DNA of 64,000 nucleotides from contig NC_068355.1 in the NCBI RefSeq assembly GCF_020536995.1, forward strand, positions 63,355,738 through 63,419,737, written 5' to 3'. The DNA comes from Dreissena polymorpha (taxonomy: Eukaryota). Both the position numbers and the translations under genes were made by a program. The notes beneath the pieces were generated by a model. It was given only the letters and a program-made list of their open reading frames with translations. It was not told the origin of the DNA and searched no databases. Shown piece after piece: positions 12,998 to 25,894 of the stretch (position 1 is its first letter; every line of letters starts with the position of its first letter).

Positions 12998-13343
12998 TGG
13001 ATTCCTGCAGGTAACTACTCTAAATCTTTTATTTATGTTCTCTGTCAATTGTTTGTATTATTATTTAGGACATCTGACGGTTACGGTTGTGTTTATTAGT
13101 TATTTATTGAAATAACTTATTGCGAGTCATATTCACGCCGCCATGCAACGCTAGTCATTATTAATGTGTATTCCACTTGAATGCATACATATATTATCTT
13201 GATTATATATCTAATGGCATGTATTAATTGTTCCTATTTCAGATACCTTTATCGATCTATTAAAACTTTGAAAACATCGATTGATTCGATAGTTTGTCGT
13301 CGAACCCCAAGTACGCAAATTGCGCGTAGCTAGGCCGGCAACA
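12998..13343 (+). repeat. 3' LTR
   Basis: Matches 7977-8322. Confidence 0.85.
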
Positions 13344-16300
13344 TTCAGTAAATACTTAAGTTTAATGTAACAGTACAGTTTCTTTACACTGTTTTGTTAC
13401 TATTTCATTTACATCAGTTTCGTGTTGCATACTTTCTAAAAAGCTGATTACACCATCACTTTACATGTACATGTTTATTGTTCCTTTTCCCTCTAATGCA
13501 ATAAACACCACATTGATGTCTTTTGCAACATCCATAATCCTTACATAACATAATGTTTATTTTAATTTAATATCCTTTTGTACTTCTCTCAAACTATTAT
13601 ATAGAACATATTTACTTCCTTAATGCTAACTAGGATTACTAGCTTATTTAAAGTCCTGCATTATAAATCTCTGGATTGCACTTTCGATTCCATGTCCAGC
13701 CAAAAAAATGTGTGAATATGTACAGGAATATTCATGTATTTTCATTCATGTTACATTTGGCAACATTGATGTTCGAATTGCACAATTTTTCACTTGTTGC
13801 TATCCTAATCTGTCTTTGATTTATTCTTATTCATATTTGCGTTTATTGGTGTAAATATGTTTCTTTGTACTTTGTTTTGTTCATTTTGTTATATTGTTCT
13901 GTGTTTCTGCAAAAAAAAATCATATCACTATGATGCTTGCAATATTGAGTCGTTTATGTTTACATTCTACTGACATCTTAATACATTATCTTTTATTTCA
14001 TTCCAACATTACGTTCATAGTATTTCCCATTATCTCCTCCATAGACACCAAGTACTGGTTCTTCCTAGGAAACGGACTCAACAGTATCCATATCTGCCTA
14101 TAATAGGCCATCCTGTAATAGTCAGCAATTGACTGAAGGAACTACGAAGTAGAAGTATTTCAGTGGCAAAATATGTTTTCTTTTCCTTTTGAAAGTATGT
14201 ATTATGTATGTATTATTCATTCAATTATGAAATCTAGTTATAACAATACTAATTGACAATAAAACATACAATTAATTTCACCTCTTCTTGTTTTTCATTT
14301 CTTATTTGTAAATACAGAAAAATATATTATCTTATTATCACTTACAGCATTCATTAAAATACATGGTCGTTTCATTACATCTCCTTTCACTGGCGGCAAT
14401 CATAACAACATCAGCGCCGTATATCTTTTTAAAGATATTTCTTGTTTCAAGATGTCCACCAAGATGGCCGCCAAAACGTCTGTATTATCATAACATTGTG
14501 CCTATACCCATGTTTCGGGTGTTAAAGAATACAACTCAATGACAGCTTGAAAAGATCGATACATCGCTCTTAAAGCATCCTAAAACAAAAATTGCAAATT
14601 TGTAAAATTCAGATCACCAGACATAGTGTAGGTTTATTATGTTACACAGAAACTTTACATGGCGTCTAAAAATAGGCTCCGCCACAATAAGAAGGACCAC
14701 AAATCCATAACGTTGACTCAAATGTGATGATTTTGTATGTCAAACGCCATAGTTTTGGAGACAATGAACACTTTGATTATATTGATGATATAATTAAGCA
14801 GTTGAATTATCAAGAAATATAATTTGTGACATTCCGTTATCCACTATGACCTGACACACAATAACCTGTGTCCATAAAATTTGTCTCAGAGCATTATATT
14901 GTCCGTGTCGTCCTCCTCGTCTTCAGTGCAGAATTGTTTGGATTGTCACAGTTCTTAGTTTTGGCAAGGGCTACATACAGAATTGCAGCGGAGTTAATAG
15001 CGCCTGCAGCTACATCAAGAAGATTTGCGTCCTACAGAACAGTTACAATGTATGATTTTCAATAGTTCGTCAGGTGCAGCATTGCTTTAGGTCATGATTG
15101 GACTTGATTGGTCGTTTACCTGTTTCCATCCCCATTAAGAGGGTTTAATAGTATTTGCCATCCCCATCCACACCATGGTTTGATACTATACGCGCTGGTT
15201 TTGACATGCTGTTGCATGTGATATGTGGGGAAGTCGCTAAGGAGTAACGAGTGCTTCGGAAGTAGCCACTTTCTTTGTGAAAATATTATGACGCAGTTAT
15301 ATTAAGGAATCATTTTACTTTCAACCAAAAAGTTCCACCATCAAGCATTTGTCAAGATTTGATATTTCCTCTTGAGACTTGTTTGGAAGGAGGAATGAAC
15401 TAGCGCATAACTTCATAATGGGAACAGGTTTTATTAATTTCCGAAAGATTGAGTTTTTACCAATGCCGAAAATCCTTGAAGTTCAATCACTGCCTGTGTA
15501 CACATGAACGAAGAGGAACTCATTGCACACTTCGTGTCCAAAGCGTTCTTTCAAAATATTTATATTATACGTTATATGTTCCTTTGACAGTTTGTTTATA
15601 TCGGAGCTGACGAAGACTGTACTTTTAGAAGTCATGCAGGGGCAAGGTCAGCAAATCTGTATCCTCGCCGTTTAACGGGTTGTTGCTATGACGGGAACGT
15701 TCCACTGTTGCTTATCAATATCAACGTCTGCATTCCCTGGTGATAAAATGACATAACGTCCTTTTATAGCCAGAGCTGTGCTGATCAGAGCAATCATGCG
15801 TGCCATGTTTTGTTCTTATCATCGAACACCACTGTCGCTTGTCTGTTATGCCTTACAGTGAAATCTGCATAAGACTCGGCATTTATATATGTCGCATTTG
15901 TTCTATGGTAAACGATAAAGTAAAAAGCCACCATCAAGCACGTAGCGATCTGTTTCAGGAATACAGTTAATCATATCCTCACTTGATGCGTTCTCAGCAT
16001 GATCTTTAATTGCCTGAATGATCTGAGGCTTGTGTGCTTTACGAAGTATGTTTTTGGCTTTAAAAAGGGCAGAAGGATTGGGCTTAGTTCGTACGATAAT
16101 CCGTCTTCAAGGGAAAGATCACCAGTTTTTTGACTCCACAAGGAAACGCTGGTACATAAGGGCAGAATCAATAGTGCGATCTTTAGCAATTTTAACAGCG
16201 GAACAATTCCCACGAGTTTTTAGCTCTGTCTTTTCTCATACATTTATAAGCAAAGGCCGATTTTCCTTTAATATCTGTTAAATCTTGTTCCCAACCTTCT

Positions 16301-17862
16301 GAAATGCATGAACATTCACATCTTACCACGCCACTATCCAATTGACAATGTTTCTCAGAGTAGCATCAGCTGCCTAGGGTGAGCAGGTTTTAATCTTTGT
16401 ATGCAATTTCTCGAGATCAGAAGCATCTCTTTTGATGCCTGCCTCCGTTGACTTTTTGTGTCGTGGCATTGTACATGTAGTTAAGGCCAGGTCTGTGAAA
16501 TCCTGCATCGCACTATTGTACTCAGATGTTTCAAGTGCAGATAGGGTTCAAAGGTCTTTCATCGTTAGTCCCACTGCCGCGAGTGAGACCGCCTGTGCTC
16601 TTAAGAGACATCATCAGTGTTTGCTCAATGACAAGACCACTGCTTAGCCCAGCCCAGCACTAATTGCGCCTACGAACAACGTAAAAACCATTAAAATTTT
16701 CTATAACCGCCTGGGTCCTTATCCTCTTAGCTGCTCATTTGCTGAAGAAAGTAATAAGCAAATAAGCAGATCGCATATAATTGAAGTGCCCAGATTCAGC
16801 AAAGACGGATAGACAATCGGGTACTGCCTGCAAATGCATCAGCCAACATCCAGTACGATCCGCCTTGATCAACATCCTTGTAATGCTTATCACAAGCCGA
16901 TAATTCAGCCGTGGTTTGCTTGTCTTAGAGGTTTGGTAAGTTAATGTTTCTGCTTCTCTGTAGGCGTCTTTAGTTTAATTAAAATTGCAGAAACTGTAGC
17001 ATCTGCGAGCGTCGTCTCGCACCTTAGAAAGGAAAAGTAATATTCCTCGTCCCGATCCAGAAGTATCTGAATCTCGTAATTTTTCTTGGTCTTTTCAGAT
17101 ATTAGCTGACTGTGAAGGCACTTGTCGACAAGAAAATGGCACAGCAAAGCCTTCCCTGTCATAATGTTTACAATTGCATTTTCCCTATAGACAGTCTCAA
17201 GTATGTTTTTTAGACCGGTACCTTCTAATAGGGGTCTTATAGCCCCTTCCCCCCTTTCCGAACAAGTTCACGAGTGCACGAAAACACTTCAACATCATAA
17301 CAGTGTTTTTAGGCAACTTCTCTGTGGCGCATCAATGGTTATTTCGGGAGCCATCCAAAACAAGGGTTGGTCAAACTTTACACTGGTGGAAAGGTTGTGT
17401 TTCATTACAAGGTTGCAAAAAAAGTCTAATGTTTACAGAATGCACGATTTGTCGCCAGAGTATACATTGATCATAGATTTGACGTACAACTGCCTAGGGT
17501 GCTGGCTCCCCTGATGAAAAATATGCATCCTTCCATTCCAATTCGGCGTTGCCTGCATGACGCTGAAGAAGACTTCCCACAAAAGATCGACCCTCTTGTC
17601 ATAATCCAGAAATCGCGGCTTGTCCTCGAATACTACCTCATGACAAGCATGCTTTAGTTATCGGTACTCCAAGATAGGAATATTTGTCTTATTTCTTGTG
17701 TTAAGCTCTGATGTCTGTTTTCGCGGAATCAGAAAGTTCGTCCGTGGTTTAGGGCAGAAAGATGCAATGATACCCATCCCACGAAAAGTACAGTCGTCGT
17801 CAAGGTTGACAATGTTGTAGTCACATTATCGGCGGAAAGGAAACAATACATCTCCAACGAAT

Positions 17863-18560
17863 CTATAGAACTACCCATAAAATCCGGTTCCGTAAATTCC
17901 GCTGCATTTTTTTAACCCTCATAACGTCTGTATATGAACAACCAAATCCGATTGCATGAAGAGTATCGACAATGTACTTTAACCGATATAGATGATTGAT
18001 TTGTCCAGCAAGTCCCACTTGTTGTGGTGCAATGACAGCTTGTGGACGAACTGCTAGAATAATAGCATGACAAATTGCTGCAACCTGCTCTATTGTGTCT
18101 TTTCCATAGAATAATGCCTCTAGTAGTGTCCGCAGACTAGTCGGAAGGAATGATAGAGCTGACTCAAGCTTTAAATCCTCACTACTCAGATACCGATTCG
18201 GCAAGGTAACAACTTCAGACTTAATATCACTTTTGATTAATCTAGAAGCAGTTTCAATGATAGCACGTTTCTGGGACTCTTCATCTAATTCCCCACACTT
18301 TTGCTTGTAATATATGATCTCATTATTTGCGATGTTTGTTCTCTCATCATAACAATATCGTCGAAACCTTCTCCTTTCGGAAAAATGAATAGTGTCATTG
18401 AAGCGTGTTGTAAGATGCTTTTTCAAACTGTAATTGTCATATTGTTCCGACTCAAGATTGCAAAGATACCCTCGCATTATTTCTCTCGAAGACGTTATAG
18501 TTAGTGATTCCTCACTAGTACGACCAGATTTTTTGCGTTTGATATCGGGGGCATTCTGAA
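17863..18560 (-). CDS. Unassigned ORF (204 aa from its ATG, open further upstream to ~18560); possibly an exon of a degraded transposon protein or an uncharacterised host gene
   Basis: Long minus-strand open frame ...FQNAPDIKRKKSGRTSEESLTITSSREIMRGYLCNLESEQYDNY...LPTSLRTLLEALFYGKDTIEQVAAICHAIILAVRPQ.... A further minus-strand ORF at ~18955-18812 reads MSANTSRQDLCPICNEEIEISKNNWVAIQWKRIIEDSVKQN (CxxC), and short open frames continue below 17860. No family recognised by eye. Confidence 0.25.
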
Positions 18561-20454
18561 ACTGTAACGGAACAGATTTAAAGGACCAAACATTTCCACT
18601 ACATGAATGATGATAAAGGCCGTCTGCTACATGTAAATCTTGTAAAACGTATTAAATCCGGCCCTTTGAAGTTGGTCTTCACTCATCTGAACAGGAATCA
18701 TAGACCTATGAAATATTCTCCACAAAATTGTCATTACGCACCCAGCAAAAATGCGTTTTGTTCAACATAACTTTTAATCTTTTTATCATGTGTGTACGTA
18801 CTGCTGACGACATTTTTATGTACTCAATAACAAGATCAGGTTCTGCTTTACACTATCTTCAATTATTCGTTTCCACTGAATAGCAACCCAGTTATTCTTG
18901 GAAATCTCAATCTCCTCATTGCATATTGGACACAAATCTTGTCTGGATGTGTTTGCACTCATTATTATTCATTTATAGAAAAAAGAGACAATACTTATTT
19001 GTTTAAAGCTCTGATTTAAAATGCTGAAATGTTCACATAATGGCTCCAATGAATTGGCATCGGTGACACAATCTTTAAAAAACAAAACAAGTATGAAGCA
19101 GTGTTAAGCATACACAGTGGACCGATACTCCGCTTATATTCTTACAGTCTGTGCCAGAAAAAAAGATAGCAGTAGGTCACTTGTAACAGTACTTCACAGA
19201 AACAAAGAAGACGAGCCATTGGAAGACACAAACTTTATAAGACTAAATACTATTTTATATAAGCATAATGCATTCGAAAATGTATTTTATTATATAGTAC
19301 ATAGTTCTTTGAACACGACAATGCATGCAATATATTTACAGTGTGTTACGGTATTGTACATGCAGATTGAGTCCTTGAACATCAGCGGCTAGTATCAAAG
19401 GCTTTTTCTTAACGTTTTGGGAATATGACTTTGTAATTGGAAATCAAGTACTTTCCTTCAGTTAATACATTTGAAATTATTAATGATAGCACATATATGC
19501 TACTGGCCCAGTAAAGTAGTGTATACATTGTCCGTAACAATTGGCTAATGAACTTTAGAGAATTGTTTTATTTAAATTGATTAAGTTCATATCGGTTGTT
19601 GATTGCTCTTGGTAAAGCAGCATTATCATTTTGGTAATGGCGATTCAAGCTCTTCGGGCGTCTGTGCTTATTTTTCTCGTGAGTTGGAAAGCTGAAATTA
19701 TTTGTCCCCCTTTAAAGAAATCTATAAATCAGAAATGTCACGTACCCATTAGACTTTAAATAAACACGCTATAGATTATTACAAAACGCAGTTTTGAAAT
19801 GTTGAGGGAAACTTTAAAGCTTAGTAAGTTGATAACAATGGAAGTCGTTATGTGTCACGCTCGGATGGGTTACGACTACGTCATCCGAAAAAATGGGGGG
19901 GGGGGTGGGGGGCGAAAATCGCCGAAAGGAATTGCAGATCATCGCAATAATCGTGTTTAGCAATACGTCATTTATTTTAATATTTATGTTTTCGTTTCAA
20001 TGTTATTATATTATATTCCATTATAAAATAATATTTGTCCAGCCTCAACTGTTGTTTGACCTTTTAATATTAATTAAACCGATCTATTTTATCTTTTCAG
20101 TTTGAATTTCGATGGTATGAATTTTAGTTTTAAATAAATGAAATGTGTGAGTAGTCCTGAGTCAGATGTTAGATTTGGAGCTACCCCCTATATAGAACAT
20201 GTTGTTTCTCACTTATTATCAATTGGTTTCTTGCCATAAATATAGGTATAAATTCGAAAATAAGGTTTCTTGCCTGCTATTGCACGTGAGCTTTTTAATT
20301 TGCTAACATTAATTTACACAGAGAGTTTGATCCTAGCTCTCTGAATGTGCAAGTCTAGTCGATGTAATTTGATCTAATATATGCTTTCGTTGAAAATTGA
20401 CTTACTAACCCATGCCAATCAAATTTGTTTTCACACAATTTCGTCGATGGTGTT

Positions 20455-20660
20455 TTTTCGGCGTAGCTGTATACGCCAGCTTTTCACCTTACCTGACCTT
20501 TGTAACTGTCCAAAAAAATTCAAATCAAATAAAATGTCCCGCGGCTAGGTCAGAATGAATACACTTCATTTATCCCATAGGCTGATTTGAGCATACGACC
20601 AGAACATTGGAAACATTTCCGCGTCTTTGTAACAGTGTTTTACTTCGTGTTCAGCATGAA
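20455..20660 (+). repeat. Dispersed ~220-bp repeat, copy 2
   Basis: See copy 1 at 4636-4850. The start cggcgtagctgtatacgccag carries the inverted repeat GGCGTA/TACGCC. Confidence 0.6.
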
Positions 20661-22434
20661 CAATTTTATCTCTAATGAAAAATCTTAATTTATAGACCAG
20701 TTTTACACTCAATCTCGACATCAATACAGTTTGTGCGTGCACCCTTTATTTTCAGAGAATTTTCAGCGCGAGAACATTTGTACTTAAAGGCTATGTTCTC
20801 AAATTTATACTGACTTCCATATTCCTGTCAACATATTAACATGTAAAAGTATAGAGAGCAGTAGAAGCGAGGCCTCACTTTAATGAATTGCATTTCAATA
20901 CTCGAGGTATCGGGTCTATTCGCGGCCAGTGTGTGTGAATGTCAGAGTTTATATACAGGTCATCGCTGCGTCTTCACGACTACCTTATGTGCTGACCGGA
21001 GTTCGCGGCCAGTAAAATAATCGTTATATAATAAAGACGCTATATCGTGAACTAGCTGAACTGGAATTTTCTTTAAACCAGAAAGATGTTAAATGAAGAT
21101 ATCCAGCGATATAATTATGGTATGTCAATAATAGATTCTTAATGTGTTTTCAACAATACCATGATAAATATTATTTTTAATTAATTTAACAAGAATTATT
21201 CCACCATATTGACCAATGTATTAAGCATGAGCGCGATGATGCCATTATTCATTAATGTAGTAAGGTTCCTTAAATGATTGTCCTTATTGATTAAGTTTGA
21301 ATTACGGGCGGTTTTCTCACCGCGATCATGTGGCGACAACTTTTTTTGGGCCAGTGAAACCCCTGAAAAGCGTTTTATTATGCTATTTGTATTTGTCTGC
21401 GGTATTGATTTTTACTGGACAATAAACTATAAATGTTTCTTTTAAACATCAATAGCTTATTGGTTGTTTGTGGAGATAAAGTATTTTTAATGCAACATAT
21501 GGATTCCTTGTGAAAAAAAAACATCAAAAAATCATCAAAAAGTTTATTATAGACAAGTGAAAAGATTGCATAACTTTTGAACTTATATATATATAGTTAA
21601 AAAAAATAAAATTCAAACTAATTTAAAAACTGCACATCAAGACCTACAGTCTGATTATGATCATTTTGCACATCAACATGTTTAAAAAAACACTGTGCTT
21701 GCTTAGTAAAAAGAACTTCATACCATAACATTTTTAAAATGAGTGCACCCGACACTTTTAGAAAAAAAATCCGAAAATCATTTTAATAAAAAATGTTGGC
21801 CTTACCTTCCATAAACTCCAACTGCAATCAACGCCGTATATCTTTTTTAAAAGATATTTCTTGTTTGCAATACAATAAATCGTTATAATATTGTATTAAT
21901 TGTGTTTTTCTTTTATTGACACGAACTAAGCTAATGATGCCAATAAACACGAACAATGCATGTATAATTGACATACATATGTGAACATAATTATTATCTG
22001 GTGTTTTGCGAATATTTGTTTAAGAATAGATTAAACGTTGCATATGAGCAAGACTAATTCTACTCGACTATTGACCGTAAAGCGTATATTAGCGGCACTG
22101 TATTACTGTATGATTTGTATATTATCAATACGCGTACTAAATCAGTTGTTTTATACATGATGAGTGTGGAAAGTTAGTTCGGCGAGAATTCTATGTTTAA
22201 GGTTGATAACATTAAAACGTGAACGTATGGAAACATAACTGTTTCATCCGTATCAATATAAAATAATAACTGTGTAAAAGCCTATTTAAAATATCGATTT
22301 ATATTGGGAAATTGTGACAGATATTGATAAATATACAGCTATCTCGACCAAAACTTGGATAAAATAACATATTATTCACGACGTTTCTGATACCAGTAAG
22401 TTTTTTTTTCAATTATAATAACTATAATTATAAT

Positions 22435-22575
<141 letters not shown>

Positions 22576-24793
22576 AATCTCTATGTGGCTTTTTTTTATT
22601 TTAAACTGTTTATACTTATATTTATGCATTTAATGAATTGTATACAAAAGTGACTTCAACAATAAATGTCAAAATAAAATATGAATAATAGTGCTGCTAG
22701 CATCAACAAAGGCAAGTAAATATGTTAACAGTATAGCACTTTATTGATACAAAATAAAGAAAAACAGCCAATATTGTAGTATCATTTGCCGAGAGTGACT
22801 TACCGGTAGATGAATTACCTGTAGTGTATGGTTACTAATTGGGATTGTTCAATTCAGTTTATATGCAAATATGTGTAATCAAAAGAATTTCACACCATTC
22901 GTCTTTGAAATGAAGCAACGTGATATCTCATATATGGCTATTGTCATTTGTGGCACTACAGTAGTAACAATGCAGCTTAGGCTACAACAAATTGATGATT
23001 TGTTCTATGGATTTTTGCGTCCCAAAAATGGAGCGAGCGAGCGAAATAAAAATAAATTTATTTTTATTATATTTTTTGTTTAATCACAGGCGAGCGAAAA
23101 GCGAAAAATAAAAAAAATTTACATATTGTCTATGTCAATTGATATATTTTGCCAATTAAATGCATGATATCTGCAAAATACCAGTACAAGATCATTTAGA
23201 AGTAATAATTGAGTTTAAGCCCTTATCAAATGTTTGTAAAAAGAAATAAAAATGTCTCTAATAGCTGTTCTGCTTTCTCACACCAGGTAGTGATTACTTA
23301 AATTTAACATGTTACATGTAGTTTTCATTATCAAAGTTATATAGGAAGCTCAGTTTTCCGTCAATGATGGTTTAATAACATGACACAATAAATAATACAA
23401 CAAATATAAAGCATAAGCAGTGATTTTTCTTCGCGTCATATTTTACAGCCTGTGCCTTTTTGATTGAGGATCGTGTGATAAACCATGAAATTGGGAATAT
23501 TCATTATTATTATGATTATAGATATTAACAGTATACCAATTGTTAATAAGTGCATGTTTAACTGCTTTCTAAAATATATATTATAAAGTGCTAGGAAATT
23601 AAACTGCTGTATGATAAACTCAATAAATTTATTAAAAACAATTGACTTATTTTTTGGAAATTTTGGCGAGACTTTTAAAAGGAAAAAAGTTACTTTTTGG
23701 GAAACAGCTTTTTTACAATTTTCAATTTGAACATAACCTATAAGAGTATGTAATTTTGGGCAAAAACACTGACACAAATATATCTCGAATTTGTATTAGT
23801 TCTATATAGCATAGGTTATACTCGATGCATTACGTTTTTTATATTTTAGCACTGTTAAAATTAGAAATGAGAAGCTTAAGGTTTGTAAAGTGAAAAAAAA
23901 CAACATAACTTCCTAATGAAAGAAAAATAAGAAATTGGCAGTTAAAGTATGTTTTTAATATAAAAAAAGTCAATCAAATGCCAGTAAAGTTGTTTAGGTC
24001 CAAAAAGTTTCTTCACTTTCTTACTTATGTTAAATTCATGTTTTAGGGGCATTATATATAATGTACACCTTGCACTTAGCCATCAGCAGTTTGAACTAGT
24101 AGATAGGTGGTTCGTACAATTTATATTTCATTCGACATTTTTTGTCCAGTTCAACTGCGACACTCCTTTGCATGTTTTTTTAAAACATTTTAACTTAATC
24201 AATACCAACAAGTTTATTGCTTTACCAATCAAACGCATACCGGCGACATTTCACATTCTGATGTAGATTCGGTTAAAATTATGAAATAACTCAAATCATC
24301 TGTGATGCAATCACTAATTGCCCCGGTGAAAATTAACATGCCATTTGTGTCTTTTGCAGACATAACAAGACATACGAACGCTGCCATTTGTGTTTACCAT
24401 AAACCAATCTAATAGCACAAAGCGTTATAACACTCTATGTTGTAAAATACGTAGACAAAATAAAACTAAATTATTTAATAAATAGGTGCGCAGTAATTTT
24501 GTTTGCTGCGGGCGCAAAATAAAAATAAAAATATTTTTATTTAGTTTTAAGATTTTTAGGTGCGGCGAATCCATCGAACATTTAATCACTTTGTTGTGGC
24601 CTTAACATAAGTAGACTTATTTTCAGCGCTTTTACTATCCGTTACGACGATTCGTGATGTAAACGTACAGATATTATTCAATTTGCAAATTTTTATATTA
24701 TGTTATATTTATGCTTCAGCCTAAACAAATAGAATAGCTTTGTGTATGCTGTTCAAATATCAACCTTTCCACATCGTGAGCAAAACTAAAGAA

Positions 24794-25894
24794 ATGAAGT
24801 TAGAAGACAACACCACAGCCAACACGAATGGCACTCGCAACACTTCTCTCCTAACAGAAGAGTTCTTTCTGGAAGAACACTGCATTTTCGTTAAATGTGT
24901 ATCGGTCATTATCGGTCTGATTTCACTGGCATCCAGCATATTAGCATTAACAGTCTTAAGCAGAACACGAAAGATGCCCAAATCTAACACATACCTTGTA
25001 ACGGCTCTTCTCGTATTCGACTGTATGTTTGTGACATTTTCGACGGTACGAAAATTCATACAGGAACCTTTTCTTAACACCAGCATCGCCGTTTTGATGA
25101 TGTCCGCTCTGCAACTTGCATATACGACTGTTGGAATGATGTCGCTCGAAAGATGTATTTTATTCTACAAGCCAATGGTTTACATGCGCCTCTATTCTAC
25201 GAAATTCATAATGATGGTCACAGCAGCTGTTTGGATTTCAGAATTGGGCATATTCCTTTGTATCCGTTATGCAATTTGTTATTTGCGATTTAAAACCATA
25301 GCTGTGTTTTCGCAAGCACAATTGTGTAACAATTTAGTCACTATATACTACAGTATATTAGTTACGTTTGTACTAGTATCGTCTATGGTTTGCTACTGGA
25401 TTATATTCGTCATTGTTCAACAAAAAAACATTCGTACGAATGAGGGAGTAATGTCCTTTAGATCAGCCGCCCATTTTATAAAGACAGAATACAAGAACAC
25501 CGCACTAGTTCTTGTTTTTTGGGTTCTGATCCTGGTGTCCTCTCTGACATATGGTATAATTATAGTTTTAACACGTTATATGGATCTAAGCGCCTACATG
25601 GTGCGGCTTTCTTTGGACGTGGTCTCGACGTTAAACTGTCTATTGGACCCATTTCTGTACGTGCTGTGGTTCAAAGAATGCAAACTCGAGTTGCTCAAAA
25701 TATTCTCCTGTTTGGGCCAGGTAATAAAGGACAAAGCTGCATCACTACACTATGAGGTGTTCGACATAGTGCCTTATGAGCGTACCTCAGTGATCAGATC
25801 TATGCCACGTAAATTTGAAGAGAAACGTGAAGTGGACATGAACAATACAAGTAGACATATTAATCTTGCATTTTACGACGAGACAACGCTTTAG
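24794..25894 (+). CDS. Intronless class-A (rhodopsin-like) G-protein-coupled receptor, orphan or lineage-specific
   Basis: Single 1.1-kb ORF. N-terminal N-glycosylation sequons (NTT, NGT, NTS) precede seven hydrophobic segments. TM2 has LVFDCMF, the end of TM3 has LERC (DRY variant), TM7 has NCLLDPFLY (NPxxY variant), and a helix-8-like FKECKLELLKIFSC is followed by a Ser/Thr-containing tail. The track start 24740 is a TTG; real ATGs are at 24746 and 24794. Confidence 0.8.
   Translation: MKLEDNTTANTNGTRNTSLLTEEFFLEEHCIFVKCVSVIIGLISLASSILALTVLSRTRKMPKSNTYLVTALLVFDCMFVTFSTVRKFIQEPFLNTSIAVLMMSALQLAYTTVGMMSLERCILFYKPMVYMRLYSTKFIMMVTAAVWISELGIFLCIRYAICYLRFKTIAVFSQAQLCNNLVTIYYSILVTFVLVSSMVCYWIIFVIVQQKNIRTNEGVMSFRSAAHFIKTEYKNTALVLVFWVLILVSSLTYGIIIVLTRYMDLSAYMVRLSLDVVSTLNCLLDPFLYVLWFKECKLELLKIFSCLGQVIKDKAASLHYEVFDIVPYERTSVIRSMPRKFEEKREVDMNNTSRHINLAFYDETTL

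Larger units (their letters stand above)
7977..13343 (+). mobile_element. Non-autonomous (gag-protease only) LTR retrotransposon, ~5.4 kb, with near-identical 346-bp LTRs
   Basis: Direct repeats 7977-8322 and 12998-13343 (tggattcctgcaggtaactactct...gcgcgtagctaggccggcaaca) are nearly identical by eye. The 5' LTR ends in CA and is followed by tggcgcccaacg, a tRNA primer-binding site. The internal region has gag-like and aspartic-protease ORFs but no RT, RNase H or integrase. Confidence 0.85.

Noticed and set aside
12990-13115. Protease ORF continuing ~40 codons into the 3' LTR
   Set aside because: The extension is fortuitous read-through of LTR sequence. The identical sequence occurs in the 5' LTR at 7977-8100, where it is not preceded by an ORF.
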